Part shown: piece after piece, positions 1 through 9,008 of the stretch
Layout of the letters: each line of letters begins with the position of its first letter
How positions within the stretch are numbered: the stretch's first letter is position 1
Virus record (IMG/VR): IMGVR_UViG_3300032167_005167
Reading direction: 5' to 3' (one strand)
Source: an uncultured virus (IMG/VR IMGVR_UViG_3300032167_005167)
Lineage: Duplodnaviria > Heunggongvirae > Uroviricota > Caudoviricetes
DNA length: 28,356 bases
Program-made: the position numbers and the translations under genes
Notes under the pieces: generated by a model
Told to the model about the DNA's origin: nothing
What the model saw: the letters and a program-made list of their open reading frames with translations, nothing else
The model's database searches: none

Positions 1-13
1 AACAAGGGTATTG

Positions 14-22
14 TGGTAATAT
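14..22 (+). promoter_or_regulatory. Putative extended -10 promoter of the rpn gene
   Basis: TGgTAATAT lies upstream of the RBS (GAAGGTG) and the ATG at 48. The -35 region is outside the window. Confidence 0.4.
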
Positions 23-47
23 AAAGTCGTGAAAGAAGGTGAGTTGA

Positions 48-857
48 ATGGACGAAAAAAGTTTTGCACGCCAGCGTGAAGAAGATCTCCAGAGGTTGAG
101 GGGACTTCGATTGCTGGATGATGACTTCATGACTAAGGTCTTTGAAGATAAGTCGTGTGCTGAACTTCTTTTACGGATTATTCTGAAGAAGGATGATTTG
201 GTAGTCAACGAGGCGTATAGTCAGTATACACTTAAGAATCTACAAGGCCGTTCTGCTCGCTTGGATGTGTTTGCTTCAGATAGCACGGGCAAGGTATACG
301 ACATCGAAGTGCAGCGTAGTGATCGTGGTGCGGTAGCTAAGCGCGCTCGTTACAATGCAGCACTGATTGATGCAAACATTACTGAGCCAGGTGAACAGTA
401 TGAGGCACTCAATGAATGCTATGTCATTTTCATTACTGAAAATGACGTGATTGGTGCTGGTTATCCAATCTACCATGCAGAACGTATGGTGTTTGAAACT
501 GGAAAGCCTTTTGATGATGGGCAGCATATCCTGTATGTGAATGCACAGATCACTGATGAAACGGAGCTTGGCAGGCTCATGCATGATATGTGGTGCGTTG
601 AAGCAGAAGATATGCATTACGAAATCCTGGCTGAACGCGTCAGGTATTTTAAAGAAGATGAGGAAGGAGTGGCAACTATGTGCAGGGCAATGGAAGAAAT
701 GAGAAATGAGGCCGTAAAGCAGGCTGATTTCAAAAAGAATGTGGAGCATATCCTCATGGCGATCAAAAAGCTTGGCTGGACGAAAGAACAGGCGCTTGAG
801 TTTTATGAGATTCCAGAAATCGAGTATCCCAAGTATATGCCGCTTCTGACGGTTTAA
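48..857 (+). CDS. Rpn family recombination-promoting nuclease/putative transposase (PD-(D/E)XK nuclease, PDDEXK_2-like)
   Basis: N-terminal LLDDDFMTKVF, catalytic RLDV...YDIEVQ, KRARYN and YVIFITEND motifs, and a C-terminal EEGVATMC...EEMR helical tail. Confidence 0.85.
   Translation: MDEKSFARQREEDLQRLRGLRLLDDDFMTKVFEDKSCAELLLRIILKKDDLVVNEAYSQYTLKNLQGRSARLDVFASDSTGKVYDIEVQRSDRGAVAKRARYNAALIDANITEPGEQYEALNECYVIFITENDVIGAGYPIYHAERMVFETGKPFDDGQHILYVNAQITDETELGRLMHDMWCVEAEDMHYEILAERVRYFKEDEEGVATMCRAMEEMRNEAVKQADFKKNVEHILMAIKKLGWTKEQALEFYEIPEIEYPKYMPLLTV
678..857 (+). CDS. Putative internally initiated small Rpn C-terminal protein (RpnS-like antitoxin), 59 aa
   Basis: In-frame ATG at 678 (codon 211) with Shine-Dalgarno GAAGGAG at 663-669, 8 nt upstream. 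Confidence 0.55.
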   Translation: MCRAMEEMRNEAVKQADFKKNVEHILMAIKKLGWTKEQALEFYEIPEIEYPKYMPLLTV

Positions 858-872
858 AGACCAAATACACTT

Positions 873-911
873 AAGCATCCTCTCTCTTGTAGAGAAGGGT
901 GCTTTTATTTT
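873..911 (+). terminator. Intrinsic terminator after rpn
   Basis: Imperfect stem AAGCATCCTCTCTC / GAGAAGGGTGCTT followed by TTATTTT. Confidence 0.65.
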
Positions 912-932
912 GCCTGAAAGGAGGAGATTACG

Positions 933-3900
933 TTGATATGTGTCTACGCTCCCGATTGCACAGACTTCTCAAATAACGGACTGGGCATCGTTTCACCCCA
1001 GGCATGTACGGTGACTGAGACACTCAATGGCGAGTGGGAACTGACTCTGGTGCATCCGATTGACGAATATGGCAAGTGGCAGCGGCTTACGGAAGGCTGC
1101 ATTTTACGAGCACCGGTGCCTGCAGCCATGACTCCACAGATTAAGCTGGTAACCCAGCAGTACCAGACCAATACTTATAATGTAGAAATCTATAAAATCA
1201 CGACCAGTAGTGATCCGTTGAGACTGCGCTCCGGTACAGGCACGAGCTATCGGATTCTGGGAAAATACAAAAAGGGCTCAGAGGTTATTGTTCTGGAAAA
1301 GACGACTTCTGAGTGGTATGAAGTGACTTGCCCGGACGGCAAGCATGGCTATATGTCTGCTGAGTATCTGACCTATGAGCGAACGGAGCAAGAGAACGTC
1401 CAGACAAATGTCGGTTTTAGCAACAATATGGTAGAAGCTAGGCAGCTGAGAGATCAGCCGTTTAGGATTTATCGCGTTGTACCCGAACTGGACAAGGTAA
1501 CGGTGTACGCCAGGCATATCTTCTACGACCTGCTCGATAACATGCTCAAGTCGGTGACGCCTGCTTCGGATGCTGTCGGCGCTTCTGTTGTACGGAGTAT
1601 TTCTGACAGGTGCCTGTCTGCGCATGGCTTCAACTTTTACTCGGATCTGGAAACCTCCGCATCGGATGTAGCTTTTGAGAACATCAATCCTGTTGAAGCT
1701 CTGCTTGGTGACGATGGTTTGACCGGGAAATATGGAGCCGAATTGGCAAGGGATTGGTTCGACGTGTTTCTTGTCAGCCGGGTGGGCAATGTCAGTGATG
1801 TCCAGATCAGAGAGAAGAAGAACCTCACCGGCATCTCGTTTGATGTAGATGAAACGGATGTTGTCACTCGCATCATGCCTACGGGACAGGACAAAGACGG
1901 CAAGGTGATGTATCTGCCGGAGCTCTATCTGGACAGCGCGAATATTGGAGCCTATGCGCACCCTAAGTGGATCCATCTTGCCGTATCGAGCGCAAAAGAA
2001 GTCACGGAAGGAGACAATCTAAAGACCGTAAGCGAGTGCTACGAGGAGATGCGCAAGGCAGCTCAAGCAGAATTCGATGCGGGATGTGATTTGCCGACCG
2101 TTACACTCAAGGTTGACTTCGTGAACTGTAAAGACACAGAGGAGTACAAACAGTTTGCAGCCCTCTCAGATATTTTCCTGGGCGATTCTGTTCGAGTGAT
2201 CGCAAAGCGCATTGGCATTGAAGTCAGCATGCGCATGACCCAGTACACCTATGACTGTCTTACCAAGAAGTACACCTCGGTGACGTTGGGTACTGCGGCT
2301 GAGGCGTTGGAAGGCACTACGGTATCTGCGAGGCAATTGGCTTCCGGTTCTATCACGGGCACAAAGCTGGCGCTTAACTCAATCGGAAGCGGTCATCTCC
2401 AAAATGGCTCTGTCGGTAGTCTGCAAGTGAAGGCTGCCGCCATCCAAAGCGCACACATCCAGACTGCTGCCATTACGCAGGCGCATATCGCTGAGGCGTT
2501 GATTGAAACGCTGAACACAAACGCGCTGAATGCTGTGACAGCAAAGATCAAGGAGCTGGCTGCTGGCCAGATTACCACGGATGAGCTGTATGCGTCCATT
2601 GCAATGATCTCGGTTGCGCAGCTTACGACTGCAAACATCATCAATGCTGACATCGAGTGGGCACAGATTGAGTCGTTGGCTGCTGATATCGCCACGATTT
2701 CCAAAGCGCAGATCACAAGTGCAAACATCGACGAGGCCAATATTGACTGGGCGGCAATTTCTACGCTTACTGCGGCGGTTGCCAGTATGGTCAAGGCCGA
2801 TATCGAGACTGCTGATATCGATTGGTCGCATATCAAGGATCTGGCAACCGATACGGCGATCATCACGCAAGGCACGGCTGGAGAATTGTACATTGCAAGG
2901 TTAGCAGTAACCGAAGCGAATATGGTGGCTTTGACCGTCGGTGAGCTAGTAGTGAAAGGCTCAGACGGTCATTTCTATTCCGTAAGTGTGGACGAAGAGG
3001 GGAATATCGTCTCGAAACTGAAGCAGGTTGTAAATGATGATGTTGCTGATTTGTCTATCCATGGAACAGAAAAGCTGATCGAGGGGTCTATTACAGCCAA
3101 AACGCTGAATGTGCAGGAGATCTTTGGTGACAACGCGACGATCCGAAGTCTTATTGCCGCCAACATCGATGTGGATACCCTGTTTGCCAGGGAAGCTACG
3201 CTCAACGCGATCAATGCCATGGACATCACGAGCAACACGTACCTCAAGCTCATGGTGTCCTCTAAGGCTGATCAGACTGCGGTTGATGCACTTGGTGAGC
3301 GCATGGACGCAGCGGAACTGAGAATTACAGAAGATGCCATTGTCTCCACTGTGACCGGATCGCAGAAGTACAAAGACGATTTGGCATCGATCTCAGTGTC
3401 TGGTGGTGGCCCTGAGTTTATTGCGGGTACGCAGACGGCAGCTACAGCCGCATGGACTGGACAGGCCAACCTTACGAAGCTGGTAGATGGCCAGCAGATC
3501 ACGTATTGGTTGCCTTATAATGGCGCAAGCAATGTTACGCTTGAGTTGACGCTGGCAGATGGCACGAAGACCGGTGCGATTCCTTGCTACTACAGTCAGA
3601 ATACGAGACTCGGTACACAGTATACAGCTGGTAATATTCTGCATCTGACATACAGGGAGAATGCGACGTTCAATACTACGACCATTGCTAAAGGCTGGTG
3701 GGCTGATGCTAATTACAATACGGATACGTATGATCGAATCAAGGGCGGTTCCATTCGCGCAAAAGAAACCATTAACTATTTCCGGTTTGCGGTAGGCGAT
3801 GATGAAGGATACTTTCAGTTGGATGCGGGGAAAAGTTTTGATATCAGCAAGCCGATTCTGTGGGTGACTAGCACAGTAACCGCAGGCTATACGACATCCA

Positions 3901-6506
3901 ACGTCTATCTGGCTTATTCAAGCCTGTATGTTCCCTATCATGTATCGAGTTTTTCTGGCGCTCAGGCTGCTTCTCTGTATCTGGTTGGTTACTTGGAAGG
4001 AAATGAGTTCACGCCGCTGGATGTATACCTGACCTGTACGCCACCCACAGAGGAGGATGGTCTCACATATATGCTGCTGGGCACCATGACCTCTACATAC
4101 TATGTCATGCTGTTCCCAGAGCATCCCTTGTATCGTTTTGTCGATGGGGTATTCCAGCCTCTTGCTCAGGTTGCTTATCAAGCGTATGCAGAGGTCGGAA
4201 CGCTTCGTACGGAAACTGAAACAGCCATCGAGCAGACGAATGCAGCGATTGCACTCAAGGCGGACAAGACGACAGTCGATTCGTTGTCCGAGCGAATGGA
4301 CACGGCGGAGCTTAAGCTTGAACCGGACCAGCTCTTAAGTACCATCAAATCAAGTGAGTTGTATCGGTATGAACAATATGCTGGCCGAAACTATGCGCTT
4401 GATTCGAGTGTTGAGTGTTGCTTCACCGGAGGCTATTACACGTACAGTTCAGGTACGGTATCGAGCTATACCGGTGTTCAGGTGAGCGTTTCGGATGATC
4501 TTTACGATCATTCAAGGAACTGTGCGAAAATCCGTATTTCTTTTGACATCAAGAGAACCAATGTGGAGGCAGCTTCAGCAGCGACGGCTAACGTGTATAC
4601 CGGCATCTGGATCTATTATAAGTATTACGACTCATCTTCTGGCACGACGAAGACGACTGGCCGAGGCTATTATCTTAGGACTACAGATTCTGATTTTGCG
4701 GCGACCGATAGCGATTGGGTACGGATTACCAAGGGGCCACTGAACATTTCAAGCTATTCGCCGACAGGTATAGCATACTTCCTTTACGGTACTTCATCTG
4801 CTGTAGGCTCTACAGGCACAGTGCAGTTCAGGAATGTCAAGCTTGAAGTGGGTGATGAGTTTACCTCATGGTCTGCTGCACCTGAGGACTTAAACAATCT
4901 GCCGGATCGTATGACCTCGGCGGAGTCGTCGATATCGCAGCAAGCAAACCAAATCGCCTTGAAGGTAAGCACGTCAACGTATGCTTCTGAGAAGGTGTAT
5001 AGAGGATCTACGGCACCAACTACACTTTACACGAACATGCTTTGGCTCGACACTTCAACCAGTCCGAATCTTCTCAAGAGGTATACGGGCAGTACATGGG
5101 TAGTCGCAGGCGCACAGGAGGTAAAGTCGAGCGGTATCTACATCGGTTCAAACCAGGTATCGATCACAACTGAGAACTTCCTTCTGCAGCTTCTTGATCC
5201 ATCGAACAATGAAAATGTTCTGATGGAAATGTCTGCATCGGGCAATGTAGGCTTTAAGGAGCTCTATGCAGATACGGTCATTTCTGACTCGGTGGCTCAA
5301 GCGTACGCTGGACCGACAAGCATCTACATCAATCCAACTTATACAGGCTCTTCAACAACGTATTACCGATCTTTGGGTGAGGCTGCAAGATCGCTGAATT
5401 ACAGATACCTTCGGTCAGACGTGGTGATCTATTTGCCCTACGGAACAGAAACGTATGAACCTGCTGGTGTTGTGTTTGAGGGAATCTCAGGCCCAGGGAG
5501 ACTGACGATCTACGGCTATACCAGCAACAGCATCATCAATACGTATATTCGGATCAAGGGATGCTTTGCGCATATCTATTTTCAGAATGTGCATCTTCGC
5601 GAGAGCCGATCGCTTAATGGCAGTAATATGCAGTCGTATCTGATCGAATTACAGATGAACCATTATATCGAGTTCTATGGCTGTACTTTGGATGCAAACA
5701 GCATTACGTATGACTCAGTCTATAACAAAGGCTCGTACGTATATATGAACAGCTGTGGCCTGTATAACGCGCAGCAGGGATTGGAGGTCTTTGCTGGGCA
5801 AGCCTTTCTGCTCAATTGCAAGGGAAGCTGTTCATGGGCGATCGTCTCTTATGCAGGTGTTGTGATCGCAGCAGGTACAGTGCCGGCTGGCAGTATCGGC
5901 GCAGGCAATAATGGACAGGTCTTCTGCAACAATGTTACATCTGACTATGGCACAGCGATTCCGACAGTGACGCCGGATCAGAACGGCTTGATCTACGCGA
6001 CAACGACGAAGACGTGGCAAGGCAGCTGGCGATCTGATACCGTGGATGTCATTCAAGGCGTGTATTCGGATTCGGGTTACTATTCGAGTTTGAACTGGAA
6101 TCGAGGCTGCATGTGGTTCTCTCTTGCAAAGAATGTTCTGTCTGGCTGTACGGTTAAATCTGCAACGTTAACCCTTCATAGAAAGACTGGTTCTGGTTCA
6201 GGCTCTGCCAAAACGGTATACCTGTGCGCCATCTCCAATACCTCGGCGAGTGGTACACCGATCATTGCTGCCAATTATGGCGCGATCGGCACCATTGGCA
6301 GGGATAAGCAGGTTACATTTGCAATTCCTGCTGCTGCTGTACAAGGCTTGGCAGACGGAACATATGGCGGCCTTTGCTTGTATGAAACGCCGTATGCATT
6401 TGGCTCTGCGAACTGGTCCGATGCCTATATGCGTATGAGTGGTACTGATACGAGTTATCAACCTTATATCCAATGTGTATATAGCGGCAGCACAGCTGTT
6501 GGCTAA
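933..6506 (+). CDS. Phage tail spike / minor tail host-specificity protein (1857 aa)
   Basis: TTG start with RBS GGAGGAG. Prophage tail N-terminus (CTVTETLNGEWELTLVHP, QPFRIYRV, LGDSVRV), an inserted SH3b domain, an Ala/Ile-rich repetitive shaft and beta-rich C-terminal domains. Confidence 0.88.
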   Translation: MICVYAPDCTDFSNNGLGIVSPQACTVTETLNGEWELTLVHPIDEYGKWQRLTEGCILRAPVPAAMTPQIKLVTQQYQTNTYNVEIYKITTSSDPLRLRSGTGTSYRILGKYKKGSEVIVLEKTTSEWYEVTCPDGKHGYMSAEYLTYERTEQENVQTNVGFSNNMVEARQLRDQPFRIYRVVPELDKVTVYARHIFYDLLDNMLKSVTPASDAVGASVVRSISDRCLSAHGFNFYSDLETSASDVAFENINPVEALLGDDGLTGKYGAELARDWFDVFLVSRVGNVSDVQIREKKNLTGISFDVDETDVVTRIMPTGQDKDGKVMYLPELYLDSANIGAYAHPKWIHLAVSSAKEVTEGDNLKTVSECYEEMRKAAQAEFDAGCDLPTVTLKVDFVNCKDTEEYKQFAALSDIFLGDSVRVIAKRIGIEVSMRMTQYTYDCLTKKYTSVTLGTAAEALEGTTVSARQLASGSITGTKLALNSIGSGHLQNGSVGSLQVKAAAIQSAHIQTAAITQAHIAEALIETLNTNALNAVTAKIKELAAGQITTDELYASIAMISVAQLTTANIINADIEWAQIESLAADIATISKAQITSANIDEANIDWAAISTLTAAVASMVKADIETADIDWSHIKDLATDTAIITQGTAGELYIARLAVTEANMVALTVGELVVKGSDGHFYSVSVDEEGNIVSKLKQVVNDDVADLSIHGTEKLIEGSITAKTLNVQEIFGDNATIRSLIAANIDVDTLFAREATLNAINAMDITSNTYLKLMVSSKADQTAVDALGERMDAAELRITEDAIVSTVTGSQKYKDDLASISVSGGGPEFIAGTQTAATAAWTGQANLTKLVDGQQITYWLPYNGASNVTLELTLADGTKTGAIPCYYSQNTRLGTQYTAGNILHLTYRENATFNTTTIAKGWWADANYNTDTYDRIKGGSIRAKETINYFRFAVGDDEGYFQLDAGKSFDISKPILWVTSTVTAGYTTSNVYLAYSSLYVPYHVSSFSGAQAASLYLVGYLEGNEFTPLDVYLTCTPPTEEDGLTYMLLGTMTSTYYVMLFPEHPLYRFVDGVFQPLAQVAYQAYAEVGTLRTETETAIEQTNAAIALKADKTTVDSLSERMDTAELKLEPDQLLSTIKSSELYRYEQYAGRNYALDSSVECCFTGGYYTYSSGTVSSYTGVQVSVSDDLYDHSRNCAKIRISFDIKRTNVEAASAATANVYTGIWIYYKYYDSSSGTTKTTGRGYYLRTTDSDFAATDSDWVRITKGPLNISSYSPTGIAYFLYGTSSAVGSTGTVQFRNVKLEVGDEFTSWSAAPEDLNNLPDRMTSAESSISQQANQIALKVSTSTYASEKVYRGSTAPTTLYTNMLWLDTSTSPNLLKRYTGSTWVVAGAQEVKSSGIYIGSNQVSITTENFLLQLLDPSNNENVLMEMSASGNVGFKELYADTVISDSVAQAYAGPTSIYINPTYTGSSTTYYRSLGEAARSLNYRYLRSDVVIYLPYGTETYEPAGVVFEGISGPGRLTIYGYTSNSIINTYIRIKGCFAHIYFQNVHLRESRSLNGSNMQSYLIELQMNHYIEFYGCTLDANSITYDSVYNKGSYVYMNSCGLYNAQQGLEVFAGQAFLLNCKGSCSWAIVSYAGVVIAAGTVPAGSIGAGNNGQVFCNNVTSDYGTAIPTVTPDQNGLIYATTTKTWQGSWRSDTVDVIQGVYSDSGYYSSLNWNRGCMWFSLAKNVLSGCTVKSATLTLHRKTGSGSGSAKTVYLCAISNTSASGTPIIAANYGAIGTIGRDKQVTFAIPAAAVQGLADGTYGGLCLYETPYAFGSANWSDAYMRMSGTDTSYQPYIQCVYSGSTAVG

Positions 6507-6520
6507 GAAAGGAGAAGCAA

Positions 6521-7249
6521 ATGAAAGTAGTGATCCCCCTGGCGGGGCTTGTCCGGATGTGCATCCGATCACCTTACGTCGTAGCACGGCGTAACGACGC
6601 AACACATTATGACCTGACCGGTGAGTCCTTCAATCTGATGAAGGTGACTGCCGATCAGGTCTTTGTATTTCCGGATGAAGTGGACGTGACCGAAGGGCAA
6701 GAACTCAATGATGAGCTGATCATGCAGGCATTGCCGCTTGAACAGTTTATCCGAGTAACTTCTGAAGAAGCGCTTCCGCAGGCTTTGGGCTTGCTTTTGC
6801 GACTGGCGATCGCGGATGGCCGACTTACGGATGCCGAACTTCTCAGTATTCAGCCCGCACTTGAAGGGCGGCTTTGGCAGCCTGGTATTGAGGTGAAAGT
6901 CGGTGATGTCTATACGTTTGGCGCTTTCTTGTGGCGTTGCCTTCAGGATCATACGACGCAGGGAACCTGGGCACCGGATCTTGTCCCGGCACTCTGGCGT
7001 AAGGTCGAAGTGATCGACGAGGATGCTGTTCGTGTTTGGGCTGCAGGCATCGATTATGTTGAGGGCGATGAACTGGCGTACCCTGATGAAAATGGCGAGC
7101 TCTATACATGTTTGCAAGCACATACCTCGCAGGATGGCTGGGAGCCGCCTGTAGTCCCCGCATTGTGGCAGCTTAAAGGCTCAGAGGATGATGCTGGTGA
7201 GGGAGACACGACTGGCCTTGTGAATGACGATAATCAGACGGAAGTTTAA
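6521..7249 (+). CDS. Phage protein with two tandem CBM5/12 (ChtBD3-like) carbohydrate-binding modules
   Basis: Two copies of W..G.....GD...(W/Y).CLQ.HT.Q..W.P..VPALW; RBS AAGGAG. Confidence 0.75.
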   Translation: MKVVIPLAGLVRMCIRSPYVVARRNDATHYDLTGESFNLMKVTADQVFVFPDEVDVTEGQELNDELIMQALPLEQFIRVTSEEALPQALGLLLRLAIADGRLTDAELLSIQPALEGRLWQPGIEVKVGDVYTFGAFLWRCLQDHTTQGTWAPDLVPALWRKVEVIDEDAVRVWAAGIDYVEGDELAYPDENGELYTCLQAHTSQDGWEPPVVPALWQLKGSEDDAGEGDTTGLVNDDNQTEV

Positions 7250-7258
7250 CAGAAGCGT

Positions 7259-7283
7259 AGGCTGCTCAATGGGGCAGCTTTTG
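7259..7283 (+). terminator. Small hairpin, possible terminator between the tail and lysis genes
   Basis: AGGCTGCTC-AATG-GGGCAGCTT followed by TTG. Confidence 0.4.
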
Positions 7284-7311
7284 CTATATCAAAACTAAGG
7301 GGGATAAGAAG

Positions 7312-7770
7312 ATGCGTGATTTTACTATTGATCTGATCTGGACGAAGATCCAGGTCGCCGTAACCGCACTGGGCGGATGGTTCGGCTACATTGTTGGAGG
7401 CGTGGATGGTTTCATGACGGCACTAATTGTTCTTATGGTCCTCGACTACATTACCGGCATCATGTGTGCCATCGTGGACAAGCAGCTTTCCTCTTCTATT
7501 GGATTCAAGGGGATCTTCAAGAAGATTCTGATCATCATGCTTGTTGGTGTTGCGCACGTTGTGGACATGAATGTTGTTGGTTCGCATGATGCGCTGCGTA
7601 GTGCGGTGATCTGCTTCTATGTGTCTAACGAAGGTGTTTCTGTTCTGGAGAATGCTTCTAGGCTGGGTCTGCCTATTCCGGAGAAGCTCAAAGCCGTACT
7701 GGCTCAGCTTCACGACAAGAATGTGTTGCCTGAAGCGGGCACTACGAACAAATTGGGCGACGGCGAATAA
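7312..7770 (+). CDS. Phage holin (Phage_holin_4_1 / toxin-secretion holin family)
   Basis: GG.DG...ALIVLMVLDYITG, LSSSIGFKGIFKK and NEGVSVLENA..LGLPIP motifs; hydrophobic segments; lies directly before the lysin. Confidence 0.92.
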   Translation: MRDFTIDLIWTKIQVAVTALGGWFGYIVGGVDGFMTALIVLMVLDYITGIMCAIVDKQLSSSIGFKGIFKKILIIMLVGVAHVVDMNVVGSHDALRSAVICFYVSNEGVSVLENASRLGLPIPEKLKAVLAQLHDKNVLPEAGTTNKLGDGE

Positions 7771-7800
7771 CCGCCGCCCTTTCCTTTATGGAGGTATGCG

Positions 7801-8877
7801 ATGAGTAGGATCAACACACCGTTTACAAACGAACACTTTGCAGATTTCTGCTTGAAGATGGTTGGTCAGCCGTATTGGTACGGCACTTGCATTTACAAAT
7901 GCACGGAGAGCTTGCGAGCTAGAAAGGCAGAGCAATATCCGTCCCACTATAAGGACAATAGGACAAGTCAGTACCGTCAGGATATTGATGAGAAGAAGGT
8001 TTGTGCCGACTGTGTCGGAGGCTGCAAAGGCTATGCTTGGACCGGCGGTGGACAGGGCGTAGTGGAGTCTATTGGCACGGATAAGACCTATTCCAGCCGT
8101 TATGGTGGAGGGAACTGCCCAGATAAAAGCGCAAATGGCATGTTCTCTTATGCTAAGAGCAAGGGAATGGATTGGGGTACAATCGACACGCTGCCGGACA
8201 TCGCTGGTCTTGTATTGCATAAGGATGGCCATGTTGGCTATACGGTTGGCGATGGCTATGCTGTGGAGTGGAAAGGCTTCAGCAGCGGATGTGTAAAAAC
8301 CGAGATCAGTGAGCGCGGCTGGGTGAATTGGTTCCGGCTTCCATTTATTGACTATGGCGACGCTGTGATTGTTGGGCCCACCCAAGAGGCAGAGGCGGTA
8401 CTGGGTTCTCGTACGCTCAAGAAGGGGATGAAGGGCAGTGATATCAAAGCGATGCAGGAACTGCTTCTTCAGCTTGGGTATGAGCTTCCGAAGTATGGCG
8501 CGGATGGAAAGTTTGGTGCAGAGACGCAGATGGCTGTATTAGCGTTTCAGGCGCATGAAGAGCTTGAACAGGATGGCTTGTATGGTGATCAGACACATGC
8601 AGCCCTGATGGATGCAGTAGCAGACCATGATGAAGGCATGAACGACAAGCCGCAGGAAGAGGAAAAACCAGAGGTGGAAGACAAGACTGTTCTGATCGTA
8701 TCTGACGGTGGTAAGGTAAACATCCGTCAAGGCAATAGTACCAGTTTTGCGCGTATCAGCTCTGTTGCTCCGGGAACGAGACTTACCTATGTGGCAACGG
8801 CTGAAAATGGATGGCATGCTGTGGTCATTGGCGCGAAGGTCGGTTGGGTGTCGGGTCAATACAGCAAAATCGCCTAA
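7801..8877 (+). CDS. Endolysin: NlpC/P60-like (Cys/His) catalytic domain, PG_binding_1 domain and SH3b domain
   Basis: GQPYWYG...ADCVG...GHVG...AVE; LKKGMKGSDIKAMQELL..LGY...ADGKFGAET; C-terminal VNIRQG...GW...GWVSGQY. Confidence 0.85.
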   Translation: MSRINTPFTNEHFADFCLKMVGQPYWYGTCIYKCTESLRARKAEQYPSHYKDNRTSQYRQDIDEKKVCADCVGGCKGYAWTGGGQGVVESIGTDKTYSSRYGGGNCPDKSANGMFSYAKSKGMDWGTIDTLPDIAGLVLHKDGHVGYTVGDGYAVEWKGFSSGCVKTEISERGWVNWFRLPFIDYGDAVIVGPTQEAEAVLGSRTLKKGMKGSDIKAMQELLLQLGYELPKYGADGKFGAETQMAVLAFQAHEELEQDGLYGDQTHAALMDAVADHDEGMNDKPQEEEKPEVEDKTVLIVSDGGKVNIRQGNSTSFARISSVAPGTRLTYVATAENGWHAVVIGAKVGWVSGQYSKIA

Positions 8878-8894
8878 CAGCAAAGCAAAACGAT

Positions 8895-8945
8895 AAAAGC
8901 GGCGGTATTCGTGGGAAGGCATCCCTCGAGTATCGCCGCTTTTTT
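8895..8945. terminator. Probable bidirectional intrinsic terminator between the convergent endolysin and recombinase operon
   Basis: AAAAGCGGCGGTATTCGTGGGA / TCCCTCGAGTATCGCCGCTTTTTT, a ~22-bp imperfect stem with A and T tracts at its ends. Confidence 0.85.
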
Positions 8946-9008
8946 GTGCCCACAATTTGGGATAAACCAAAATGTAGGCGTGATTATTGAAAATGTAGGA
9001 GCAATGGG

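Larger units (their letters stand above)
1..8945 (+). mobile_element. Prophage late region (tail and lysis modules); continues beyond the left edge of the window
   Basis: Co-oriented tail spike, CBM protein, holin and endolysin in the usual siphophage order, ending at a strong hairpin. Confidence 0.9.

Noticed and set aside
276..7163. Numerous minus-strand ORFs of 60-232 aa across the rpn and tail genes
   Set aside because: They lie on the opposite strand of well-supported phage genes and show no recognisable motifs.
933..7249. Diversity-generating retroelement or invertible tail-fibre shufflon
   Set aside because: No RT gene, no near-identical TR/VR pair differing at adenines, and no inverted alternative C-terminal cassettes were seen.
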